Of a stretch of 64,000 bases of DNA, positions 1 to 13,004 are shown piece after piece. The DNA is taken from the NCBI RefSeq assembly GCF_037042905.1, contig NC_087257.1, positions 9,920,001 through 9,984,000 on the forward strand, given 5' to 3'. The position numbers and the translations under genes are program-made. The notes beneath the pieces are model-generated. The model was not told the origin of the DNA. It saw nothing but the letters and a program-made list of their open reading frames with translations, and did no database searches. Origin of the DNA: Lytechinus pictus (Eukaryota). Within the stretch, counting starts at the first letter, position 1. The number at the start of each line of letters is the position of its first letter.

Positions 1-176
1 TGAGATGAATGGGTACCCGGTAGGAAGAAATTCCTTCAATGCTTTGAGCGCCTAGGTAGCCCAGCTAAAGCCGGGGTAATAATAATAGCAGGGCCCGCTG
101 GGAGAACAGTTTTCGGAACTGAAGCGGCTTCCCTGGGTAAATATACCTGTATTATTATTATTATTATTATTATTAT
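1..176 (+). mobile_element. 3' half of tRNA-derived SINE, family A
   Basis: gaatgggtacccggtagga...agctaaagccggggtaataat + (TTA)n tail, shared with copies at 39535, 42730 and 57407. Confidence 0.75.
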
Positions 177-2417
177 GTGAAAGAGGAAGGGATGTGATGC
201 AGTGCTCTTGGAACGATTATTTAATTGGGGATGCTGTTCAGAAAAAAAAAGAATGACGACAAAATAATTATAATAACAAAATATTAAATAGAAAGCCCCC
301 CCCCCCCCCGCTTCCCAGGGCCATGGTGTGCTACCCCTATTTTGATATATATAAATTTGTTTATTTGTAAAAGATGAATTTTCAGAATTTCGTCATATTT
401 TGCTTGGGAGGTATTTGCTTCATTTGTGCTTTTGACTGTAAATGAAAGAGGTTGTCTATTTCCTGTATTATATACAACGCACTATTTCACGCGTATATTT
501 AATTTATGTTTATTTTATATATATATATATATAATGTGATGACAAGTTTACTTGTACCAAACGCTCTTGATGTGTGAGTATGAAACATATTGTGATGAAG
601 CTAAAATGGTGTCCTGCGTCCTGCGTCATTTTTTGAGTTGGCCTCATCACAATATATATATACATGTATATATATATATATATATATATGAAGGATATAA
701 TTGTTATCTTTTTCATATTTTCATATTTGGCTTGATGAGTTTTGATCTAAAGACTTTAAGCAAGTTTGACAAATGCAAAACATCCTCAGTAGATTGTAAG
801 TAATATGCCTAGCAAGTTACATGAAATGTATCTGCAAATTGTTAGATAAAAATGGTAAATTGTGAATGAATAACGGAACTCCCGTTTGTGATAAAGAAAA
901 TGCGTGATTGACATTGACTTTAAATTATCATGCATTAAATAGCTTGTTGCCAATTCTTCTTCCTGGAGGAGAATATTTGAATCTTTGCATTGTTGCATTT
1001 GAATTTGTATTTGGTTTCGCATTTACTGTGCCGAGTGCACAAAAAAGAACAACGACAAAAGAAAAAAAATCGTATATCCTAGAATTCATTTATTTTGTAA
1101 TACTCAAAATAAGTATGCATATTAAAAATAATCTATATTATTCTTTGTAAATGACAACATTTGTCAGCCGGATTGGATGTTACATATACCTGATGTTCGC
1201 GCTAGTGTAACCTGTATTCTTGATATAAAAGCGAGTTCTAACTTAAAGACATAAGTGAACATTGTGATTTGACTTTCATATATCTGATCCGCAAAGTCTC
1301 ATTTCATTTCATATGCATGGAATGGATACGAATTTTCCCAGGTCTGTGGTTGAATTGAAGAAGCATTTGTGTTCAGTTTAGAAAATAGCAGTAAGGCCCC
1401 ACCGTTGCGATGCGAACCAAATAATACAAAAAAAGCTCATACATGCGAGGAAGTAAAACACAAACGAGCAAATGTCAAATTTTGATGCATCAGGCCACAG
1501 AACTATACCCCTTAGCTATGGTTAGGCCGTAGACGCCATTTCCATCATTTGAGGATTGCAATTGCGACATCACCGAGTCAAAAGAAAATCAATGGAAGGC
1601 GATGGACTATTGGGTCAAGAATTTCATATAACGACGGAAGGGTTGGTTATTACACCCATCAATGTGTCTCTGTTCCTGGGTCATCTCACGTTTGTTTCTC
1701 ATTGCTTGTATAATTAAATAAAACCTGATGATGTATTCAAAGATCATTAGGGTCATTAACGCCAGGCTCGCTTCCAGGTCAATCTTTCTACTCCCCTATT
1801 TCGCAGTGCTTGCAATTCCGCGTAGATGAAGGAAATTGTGTTTGATATTAAAGGATTGCTTAACTTCACTTAGTATCTATATTTTTCTCTGCATGCAGCA
1901 CTGCTGTAATCAGAATTGCATTTTCTTTTAGATCAGACATGAATCACATGGAAGTTCTTAACTTATCTGTGGTTTAATTACTGTGATGATCATAATAATG
2001 ATCACTACAGTCGTAAGAGTCCGTATGGCATGTATGGACGCTTTAGTTAACAATGTAGGATTTGGAGGGACACAATCCATGTTTTCTTATTGCGAAGCAT
2101 GTAATGACGCTTATGAAATATTTCTTTTTCACGGTTTCCTCATATAACTACATGCACTGACATCGTGTAGGGTTCCTAGATTTTTCCAAGGCTCCAAAAG
2201 GTTGCTCAATCCCTTGAACACATATGACTCACATGAATACTAGTGAAAAAGGACATTTATGTAAGGTGTTTTTAGATAATTTAGTCATAAATGTTTGAAA
2301 GTTCCCTTTGCTTACAGTGTTCAAAGGAAAGGGTAACACAATAGTTTTTACTAGACGCACCACCACTTAAACACGCTCTTAGCCTAACCATTGTCGTTAA
2401 TAAGTTGCAAACGAATA

Positions 2418-2882
2418 GAGGCCGTTCTCATTACGCTTTCTAAAACTAGTTTACTGGAAACCTATTCAGGAAACCACTTTGGAAGATCGCTTTGCTAGCG
2501 TTCCCACTTGATCACACGAAAGTGGTTTTCGTAAATCACTTCACGTAAAGTGCTCTTGTTGCTATGGAAACGCTCTCAGTGGGGTGACACGTTTCGCGCG
2601 AAATTCGAAACCGCAGCATGGGCATTCTACACCTGTCGTGTGGAGTAGCGCGCTCAAAATGTGTGAAGATCGCTTCCCGAAGAACGGTTGTGTCCTCACT
2701 TACGCTAAAACCAGTTTAACGAGGCAAAGCGATCTTGAAAACTACATCGCGAGGTGGTTTTCCAAACTGGTTTGGAAGATCGCTTCCAAGACCGCTTCGA
2801 CCGTTCTCACTACGCGTTAAACTAGTTTCCACTAAACTAGTTTCCAGTAAACTAGTTTTATGAACGTAGTGAGAACAGCCTC
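2418..2882. mobile_element. MITE with long TIRs and internal aaactagttt subrepeats
   Basis: gaggccgttctcattacg...aaaactagtttactggaaa and tttccagtaaactagtttta...cgtagtgagaacagcctc are inverted repeats. Confidence 0.75.
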
Positions 2883-5800
2883 TTAGTCTAGTTTGTACCT
2901 CATAATCTTTCCCTTAATTGTCTATATACTCCCTCTCAAATCATGTGCTTCCACAGCTACTGTGTGTGATGCCATGTATAGTATTAGACACAAAATAGCA
3001 TACATACATTAGGCAGATTACTTAGAAGGATGTCAAGTTCAAGTATGAAGTTGGACGAACCGTTACTGGAAGGGCATCAGGATAAGTGGATAGCTGTTAG
3101 AGGATCAGTGACGACAGGTGAACAAGGTGTGAAGAAACGGCGTGTCAATGGCAATGTTCAGTGTAGCAATCTAGTCAATAGTGAGTTTTTGCTCAGCTAC
3201 ATACGAACGATTCACAAACAGAAGTAATGAATTGATTGCCATATGCTAGACACGACAAAGAACAGCGATGAAGTCTTTGTCGAAAATTGGTTAATCAAAT
3301 AGCAGTTAAGTCCATGATTCTGGACAAACGACACCTTTGCAATAATTTCGTCAGCTCTAAAACCTAGGCCGAAACTGCTGTTCCGGTTCACCAATTTTTG
3401 ACAAAGGCATCAAAGCTGTTCTTTGTGATCTAACGGGCATTTTCAATACATTTACTATGTTCTTGAATAAAATTACACCACTGAGCGCAAAATTCATATT
3501 ATGGAGGAAAGAAGAATTCATGGAACATCAAGAGATTTTAATAAATTAACGAACACTGATAGAATGACCAATTTGATACATATCTATCTTTTATTGTTAT
3601 CTAAATTGTTTCTTTTTCATTGTTTTCTTTATTGCTTATTTTTGTTCTAGGGCTATCAAAATTTTTGAATATCTCAAAAACAACGTACAGTAGGCAATCA
3701 AAATGTCGTCCTTATTTGCAGCTTACGTAGTCGATCATATCACGCTACTTTCGTAACCAGTAATTATTGCATGAACATCAGATGAAAAAAATCGTTTAAA
3801 AAGTGATGATTAAGATTAAGTTTTGAACATGAACCCAATTCTTTCAAATTTATTGCACCTTTCCGGGATGTATCATTTAACTGGAGGCCATAAAAATGTT
3901 ATCATGTTCGAACTTCCAGCGTCAAGCACATAATGGTCAAGGGGAAATTAAGGGCAGAGAACGTTGAGAGAAGGAAAATTAAGAACAGGAGTGAGACCTA
4001 AATATACATGTATATGACATTTTATTTGGGCCGTTTGTTACTTCCAGTTTGTGACATTCTTTGTAGCTTGTGATTATTAGTTATATTATAAGTTAGTTTA
4101 GATAGTAATCTGCAATTTCACCTGGTCATTCTCATTTTTTATTTTAAGAATTACCATTTTGTGAAAAAGGATCTTAAAAGAAAAAAAAACACGAATGCCC
4201 AAAGAAATTTTCTCGGAAATTGGTGTTACCTTTTTTATCGACCTGAGCTACAACGTTATTTGAAATACCATCTTTACATTAAGTGTTTGAGAAGCAATGA
4301 ATGAAAACATGGGTAAATAAATGAATAAGAATTCAAAAATTGAATACGTCGATGGATTAGAAAATCAGTAAAGAAGAATATGCCAAAATGAGAAAAATGC
4401 GTAAGATGAAATTAAAGAAAGTAACAGATCAACAGATAGGAGAGCGGGCATTAAGGCCAATGTCGCAGATGTTGGCTAATACAGTATGATGACAAATACA
4501 TAAATGTAAAAAAATATCACAGACTTTGTGGGTTTTTTGTATTCTATCAGGAAATAATTGTGATGCGTTATTTTCTGTGTATTCTGCATCTGTCCATGTT
4601 CACGCCGTGCAGTATGAGCATCATAGGCGATGATTTTATAGTAAAATAATGAATAAATAAATTTGCAGATACCGTCGGACTGCCCTAATAATTTTTGGGC
4701 AGCCCCTGTGTATTATGGGGATGATCTGAAATTAATTCGCTGTATTAATAAAAATAGAGGTGAATTATTAATTTACACATCCAAGTAATCTCTCTTCCGC
4801 AGACCTCAATCTTACCTCTCCCTTTTTTGCCTTTTCATCTTCATTCCTCCTAGTCTTCAATTTCTCCTTAACTAAAAAAAATGAACTGGAATGGGAACCT
4901 CCTTAACAGTCTTTTATTTTCACCAAAGTTGATGCTATGTGCAAGGGAACAACTATTGAATGGAATTTAATAAAATACCAACAGTATGCTCAAAAGTGGG
5001 ATAGCATGCATGTATAGAAATTACATGTTTATACTTATCGATGATATTTGGGTTTCAGTTAAAGCATTAAATGATAATGATCAGAAAGATCGTAGCAGAC
5101 GAATGAATTCGCTACGCATACTAAAATAAGATCTTTCTTAGATATGAAAGTATTAATGTAACGAGAGAAATTTCATTTGCTTTAACTTTCCTTCTACATG
5201 AGTATGGTGAATACGGATGGATGTAAGCGATGAATCCAAACCAAAACAAGACATTTATTTTTATTATTTCTCAAAATTTATAGAGTAGCTCTCTACCCCC
5301 TCTCCGTGCTTCAAATATTTAAAAACAAGGACAAAATAGAGAAATGTATCATTATTTTGATTGAATGGAACAGTCTCTGAGAGTCGATATTTCCTTGCAC
5401 AGGTAAACTTCCATGATAAGGAAATAATGTTTGTATCGATGAATCGACGGAACGGATGGGAATTCAGAACGGAAGTTTTATAAATCAAATATCATTCAAT
5501 GAAAATCTGATTGTGAGATGGTAAGATCTTTAGGAAGAGTTACTCGCGTTCCAGGATTTCTGACAGTCGGATCCATTCTCATATTCCACGCATCATATTT
5601 CCAACAACCGTTACAGAGATTTGTGTTTTTCTTTGTGGAAAAATTGGGATTGGATTTCAATTTTTGCTGTATTACATTAAGGTCATTCGTTTATGGGAGT
5701 CCATAACCGAGGTCAGTCGGCTTTTATGGAGTGATATTACAAATCTCCATTTTAGCGCAATCAGTGAGAAATTTGGCAACCACTTTATGTCGTAACGTCG

Positions 5801-6659
5801 TAATGGTATAAGCGGCCTCCATTCTCCAACCGATCACATGGAGCCAAAATGAATAAGGCAGCCTATTCGGACTTAAACTGTGATCTATAAAGCAAGCGGT
5901 ATTGAAGGATTGAAGTACCGTCTAACGAATTTTCTGCGAACATTTTGCAATAGAGTTAGTTTGTTTTATATCTATGATTTATTTTGGAATGAGATGAATT
6001 GTTTTATGATATTAAACTTCGTAAAGCCGTTCCTTTTTATTGTTGAAATTCATGTCGTTTGGAGAGTGATATGTGTGTTGTGATGATGAAGATCGACCCT
6101 GAAATGGCAGAAAGCTGTATCAGTTTAACCTGGTAAAACTAGAATAAAAAATCTTGTGCGACTTGGTAAATGTAAGACATGAAAATGAATCAATCAATGA
6201 GTCAATCAAATTTACATCTGCGTCTGGTGGATTTTTCATCAAAATATATTTGGTTTTACATATTCCATTATTACTCTAGCTTTCACCAAAAATCCTTATA
6301 ACAATATTGCCAAAACTTTTTTTTCAACATGGGCCTTATCGGACGAATCAACGGAATCTATATGCAGTACGAGTAACTGGAAATTGTTCCAATTTAGGCA
6401 CCAGAAAAATATCATGTGCTTGAATTTTGATGAAAATTTCTACACTTGTTTTTCTTTAAATGACAAGTGTGATTTGCTCACTGGGGAAAGATGAGAAACA
6501 CTTATTTCCGGAAAAATGCTAATTTCAGATTCAGGCGTAATGCAATAATAATGAGTATGAAGAGGGAAATGGAAATAAATCAAAACAATAAAAACAAAAG
6601 AAGCATGTTGTTAAAGATCATGAAAAATATTTGGATATCAAATAAAAGTGAACTTTCTT

Positions 6660-7300
6660 CATCATTAAAAATTGATATTGCAAGTAGGCCTGTTTATGGT
6701 ATTGCTTACGAAGAAGTAATGGGTTTATTGATCGGGCATGTCTTTATTCAGGAGATCTATAATATATTGTATTGGGATATTGCGGAATCGATTTGTATTG
6801 CTGATATCTAGGAGTATGACGGAGATTGATGGTTAAGTTTTTTGGAGGAGGTAACCACATACAAAATGTTGGATGTTTAGTTAGAGACGTTGCGAAATCC
6901 AGGGCCCCGTCTTACAAAGAGTTACGAATGATCCAATCAATCGTAACTATGGAAATCCATCAGTGTCATATTTTTTTTCTGCAAGAAATTTGCATAATGT
7001 CAATTGTAAACACAGGTGAACACACCATATTGTCAATAAATCAATGAATTTATGGATATATACATACATTCATATCTAGATATTTTTTTGAACAAGCATG
7101 CATTGTATATGTTGACTTTGCTGGCTTTCCATAGTTGCGATTGATCGGATCAGTCGCAACTCTTTGTAAGACGGGCCCCAGGCTAAGTTTCTCACTTCTG
7201 GTTTCAAGAGTTGGTTGTTCATTGTCACGAAGGGCATTCGACAATGCATTCTCTATGTTCTTGAATGGTTCTGCGTAGCGTTGTAAAAACTCCGTAATGT
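6660..7300 (-). mobile_element. 3' fragment of a CR1/Crack-like LINE ORF2, interrupted by a MITE
   Basis: Clearly homologous to 10640-10882; minus-strand peptides resemble a LINE ORF2 C-terminus. Confidence 0.65.
6903..7178. mobile_element. PIF/Harbinger-type MITE
   Basis: TIRs ggccccgtcttacaaagagtt.../...aactctttgtaagacgggccc; CAG TSD on both sides. Confidence 0.85.
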
Positions 7301-7342
7301 TGGTTATGATGATGATAATGATGACGATGATGGCTATGGTGG

Positions 7343-7728
7343 TACGGTTTATTTCCAATTCGTCTAATGCCGATTCGTCCAATTGCCAACTCGTCTAATA
7401 TCATTTGGTCTACCATCAGTTCGTCCACTCACCACATGATCTACTTTCATTTAGTCTAATGCCACTCCGTCTATTAACCAGTTGGTCCAATATCCATTTA
7501 GTCCATATACCATTTGGTCTAATGAAACTAAAGTGTTAATTATGCAAAACGAATGAAAAGAAAATGGGTATTAGACCAACTGGTTATTAGACGAAATAGT
7601 AACAGATGAACTGGTAATTAGACAAAGTGATGATTGGACCAAATGGTTATTGGACCATATGGTTGTTAGACGAATTGTTGATGTGGTGAGTGGACAAGTT
7701 GGCAGTGGACGAATTGGCAATTTAACGG
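7343..7728. mobile_element. Foldback-like element of short gtctaa/ttagac subrepeats in inverted arms
   Basis: Left arm repeats (c)gtcta/gtcca, right arm repeats tagac/tggac; ends are inverted. Confidence 0.6.
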
Positions 7729-10639
7729 TGTTACATAGAGATTCTACTGGCACTCACTTTCAGCGTTGGTTATGTATTGTTAGAGGTAAGTGATCAATGT
7801 GAAAGAAGAATGACGATATCGATTCAAGTCGAATGATCAGTTGAGCGCCAAACATCGAAGGCGCGAACGCATCTGCCCAAGCCGAAACGAAGTAATAGTT
7901 CTCATTACTTCATGTGATACGAAATTATGTCAGCCGTGTGCCGTGTCCTCCAAAGTTCAGAAGGTTGTCGTATAAGGTACTTAATAGAATGTAACAGTAA
8001 CATATCTAAGAGAAGGAAATAAAAACACGTACCAGCTAAGAATTCCGTCTGTTTTTCTGGTAAAATTGCTGAAACAAGACATGCAAAAATAATACTTCAC
8101 CGAGAACCATGGGTAGAACAAACGCTCTGTCGGTTGTATAATGTCATGAAGAACATTCAGACATGAAGCGTCAGCATCCCGCATTCGCAGATTTCGATTT
8201 GGTTGGTTTATTTCTGTTATTTTTCGTATCCTTTGTCATAAATGTTATCGTGTAATTTTGTAATCTAATAAAGGGGGGGGGGACGAACTTGTGCTTTTTT
8301 TTTTATTGTTATTTATCCCAATTTGTTGTCTAATTGTCGTAATTTGTACAACGGCATAATGAAATACCAATGACTTGACTAGTTTCAAACTAAATTCTTC
8401 ATGTTAAGTGTAAAGGAACATCTAGCCACTGCCAATTATTTGTTTCCCCATTTGCACAAGTATATTGGAATAAAAAAAAACAGTTATAAGTCTGTGTTGA
8501 ATCAAGAGTATGTTTTCTTAATTTTGTCAGTAGCGATTGCTCATGGGAAATTAGTTAGCACGGTAATACAATTCGAACGGTTTTCCGCGACCTTTAGTAA
8601 GGTAGTAGATGTACGTGTGGCCGTTTTGATCACGTGATATCTTTTATGCAAGCATTTGGAAGTGGATAGGCCCCCTGTTTAAGGGCAACCACACTGAACA
8701 TTTTAGCCGAGCATTATGTAGTACATAGGCTATGAAAACCCGTTTTCTTAATCCGAGTCTTGTTATGATAAACGGTCGTTTTACCAGAAACATTAATGAT
8801 TATTCATTCAAAGAATTTGTATTATTGGTATATTGTGCTGTTAAAAATTCATTTTTTATATCTAGAGTAAAATGATTGATATCAATGGATGGGATTCATG
8901 GATAAAACGGCTGGTCACACGCCAATTACGCCAGAAGGATAAAAAGAAGAAAAAATAAAAGGAAAGAGAAGAAAAAAGATAAGAAAAGAAAAGAGCCTAA
9001 ATAGGAGAAGAAGAGGATAAAAACAGTTGATTTAAAAAAGGAAAAGAGCTAAAGAATAAAAATAAAGGAAAAAAAGGAAGAGAAAAGGAAAATATATAAA
9101 GGAGAAAACAAATCTGTTCATTAAGCTATGGCAAAAAGAGCCAGTTCTCACCGGTTTCCTTTCTAAAGCCAAGGAAAGACAGAAAAGAAAACATGCTTAA
9201 AAGGCAAGGTGTGAACGCGCCTTTAGCAAGTCACCGGAGGTACATTCAACCAGCGGGGCAAGAGAGGGATTTGTTATGGAGAGTGTACCCCGAATCAAGT
9301 TGCTGTTACGATAAACCGAAAATGCTAAAGCCCGCACAATTCCCCTGCCCTGTGGAGTATATCTATTCTGATAATACGTATTGAGGGGAAAAAACCCACA
9401 CGTGCCCTGGCTGCCCTTTACCCCTTGCAAAACCATATCCCATCTTTTCTCGTAGTCGTCTCCGTACATTATTTTACACCGTAAGGAGCGTTTGTATCAA
9501 ACTTCTGGTATAGCCGTTTGCTAGTTCTAAAAACAATAGTCAATGTCCTTATTGTATTCTCGATACAGATATTTCGTCCTCTTCCATTTCATTTTACTCA
9601 TCTTCTTCGCTTTCTAAGTACGTGCTTACCAATGCGATGGACTTAGGCAATATAGGTAATTCGATGGTCAAGGCCGAAAACAGCATGACGGATAAGTTCT
9701 TTAGTAAATGTACAATGGAGCCATCTACATTTAGTTTGTCCATTAGCTTGCTTATAAGGTTTGGATACAGTATCGGGTTATCTGGCGGCCAATCCAGGCA
9801 TTTGTCCTCTTAGAATAAATAAATATTTGCAGAAATACAAAGAAGCTGAACTGAACATGCTAAAGGACTTCATTCAAATGTCTTACAGAAATCGACATGT
9901 CGGGCATTGGCTTAGTTTTCCAAAGAACGTTTACGCCAGAAATAATATCATGAATTTTATCAATGATTCTATGCAGTGGTTTTTCATCTACAACGAAATT
10001 AGAAATTGGAACCACGGGAGGGAGAATACTGACGTTTGAAATAGGTTGTATAATAATAATAATGATAACAATATTAATGTTAAAAATAATAAATACACAA
10101 CTTATATAGTACTTTATCAGTGTTTGTTAGCGCTGCATACTATTACCCTGGCTTTAGCACGAATACCCTGATCATGTGCTTTGAGTATTCAAGGAATTCC
10201 TTCATGGAGGGTCTCCATATACTACACCTGGGTGGAGAGTGGTAAATGGAGATAAGCGCCTTGCAAAAGAACGCGAGTGCCTTGATTTAATTCGAACCCG
10301 GACCTTATGGTTCGAAGTCCAGAGACTCGTATTCAATTCAAGGTTTATTAAAAACATGAGTCGCAGCCAAATGGCTGAATTGGTCATGTATACAAAGTAA
10401 AAACAATTAAAAGACTCATTACATATTTCAAACATTAAAAAGCAGTACACCTTTGTAAAAACTGACATGAGAAATATGTGTATAGGCAAGAATACTTAGG
10501 CAATGAAAATGTTTATACATGTACATAAGATAATGAGGAAAAGGTAAATTAAGAATAATAAAAACAAAATAAGTAAGCTGTAAAAGATCAATGAAAATAT
10601 ATGGATATTAAATAAAAGAGTTGATTTCCTCATTCATGA

Positions 10640-10882
10640 AAAAACTTGATATTGCAAGTAGGCTGGTATTGCTTTCAAATGAGCAATGGGTTTATTGATT
10701 GGGCATGTCTTTATTCAGGAGATCTATGAAATATGGTATGGGGCTATTGCGAAATTGATTTGTCTTACATTTGTATTGCTGATATCTAGGAGTATGTCGG
10801 AGATTGATGGTTAAGTTTTTTGGAGGAGGTAACCAGGTACTGAATGTTGGATGTTTGGTTAAAGACATTGCGAAATCCAGGC
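10640..10882 (-). mobile_element. Second copy of the same LINE 3' fragment
   Basis: ORF 10692..10889(-) LDFAMSLTKHP...FRNSPIPYFIDLLN is typical of an ORF2 end; aligns with 6660-6902. Confidence 0.7.
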
Positions 10883-13004
10883 AATCCATTCACTTTCAGT
10901 AATAACTCGCTGGACCAGACCAGGCCTGAGCTAAGTCGTAAAATTTTGGGTTTATGGATGGCGCCGGCTAAAATAGCCCGCGCAATGCCCGAGCTATTTT
11001 GGTGCTGCTTTTATCAGTACCAGACCAGAGCCATCGTAAAATTAGCGCAATAAGTAGCGCGGATCTGCTACAGTTACTGAACACTTGTGGTGCGAACCAT
11101 TTTACCGCGGGCCTGGTGGGGACCGAAAATCTCGAGTTACTGGAAACTGAGCCACATTTTATTTACCGGTATCAAGTAAATATGTCATTATTTTTTTTGT
11201 TTTTGTTTTAATTGATAATGAAAATTAGGTGAATGATGTCATTCGTATCGAGACAGATCACCATGATTAAGAAACACCATATAACATTTCCAAATCTTAC
11301 CATTATCATGAATACTCGGGAACGCGTGCTACTTTGAACTTCCCATTCATAGGATGTTTAATGCTCATGGTGTCCTGTTGCCACTTACCAATGACATTTG
11401 AGAAGAGTTCACAGCTATCAAGGTACGAGCATTAAAGCTCCTTGCAGATATCTTATCTTTCCCCCGATGACGGGTAACTTGCCCCACTCTGTCTCAAATG
11501 TTTAGCCCCAATTCGAGTGCCATAGGGCTTGTGTTAATCACAAAGCATTAAGACAGCAAGATTTTTTTTTTATATATTAACATTTTCATCTCTCATACGG
11601 AAAGACCCATTCGCAAATATATTTCTCCCAAGATTAAGAAAGGAGCAGAATGGGCAAGGGTCTCTACGACCTTATTTCGTAGAATTTTACCGGAAAGAAG
11701 TCAATTTTTCTAGAATTATTTAATTCTTCTGATCCATGGATATAACATAAATCGCAGTTCCAGAATTTTATCAGAGGAAGAAAGCAAACACTAAATTTTC
11801 AATATCTTGGGTAGTAAAATAGTAAAACGATCGCTTTCGAAAAAAGATGCGTGTCCGCAAGGAAATAAAACGAACAAAAAAGAAACAAAAAATACCGTTA
11901 TCTTTCCAGTTCGAAGGTGGTTAAGTGTCCACATCCCAAATGAATAAAAAAAATCCAAACAACGTAGAAACAAAATTAAAGGGAGGGGATGGGGGGGGGG
12001 GGGGGTGATGGATCCTTCTTTTCCTTGAAACTATACATCAAAGGATCCGAGGAGAGGATGATGCCATTCAGGTCTCCCTCTACTCGGATCCACCACTGAA
12101 CTTTTTGCGTTAAATTACCCGAAAACATTTTTTTTAAAGGCAAGGGGTAATCGAAAGAGTAATGGGTTGTTAAGATTGAATATAAACGAGAAAATGTTCC
12201 GCCAGCTCTCGAACCAGCAACCTCCTCCTTGTGGATACCGAATACTATCTCTCTATAGGACATGAGAATAAGGAAATCCTTTGCAATGGGAGAAAAGGAG
12301 AAAAGAGTAGGATGAAGTTGATACGGCTAGGATTAGGGTTTGATAGAGATATACATCAGTGAGACGACCAATCGATCTCACTCAATCGCAACTAGAGAGT
12401 TCAAATCCCGAAGGTGGTGATAAAATGGAGGATCTGTGTTCTCCAGATTGTGGAGTGGATGCGTCAAAAAGGGGGAGGGGTTGAGGTTGATGGCATTGAT
12501 GGAAGAAGTCTGATATTGTTACGTGTTTGACTTGTATTCTTGATAGAAATTTACATCTCGAGGTGTTACGATTTCTGATGTCTGACCTACATGAAAGAGC
12601 AAGAATTTGCCAGTAGTTTTATTTCATTCCCCCTTCATTTGATTTATTTCCATTTCAAGTGATTACAGTTAATATAATATTTTGTTTGCTGCAATGACTG
12701 ATGTATGACCTACGTGCAATATGATTATAATCAAGATTACATACAACATGTACAAACAGGTTGGGTATGGAGGAGGCTGTTAAAAAGCGGAGTTTGTATA
12801 GTGCAGCCTCCTAAAAATGTCCTTAGAAATACATGAGGTGAATGTTCATTAAATAGAAACGAACATTCAATAATGAAGTGTGCGCGTGTGTGCGTACGTG
12901 TGTATAGTTGAGGGTGTGAGAGGATGAGCGAGGGTGTGTGTGTGTGAGTGAGTGAGTGACAGAGAAATGACGGAGGGGAGAAAGCTCGATTAATCGAGGA
13001 CAGT

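Noticed and set aside
11976-12520. Possible L1/Tx1- or Penelope-like remnants (also 17579-17850 and 21000-21330)
   Set aside because: Composition suggests decayed retroelement sequence, but no diagnostic motif could be read with confidence.
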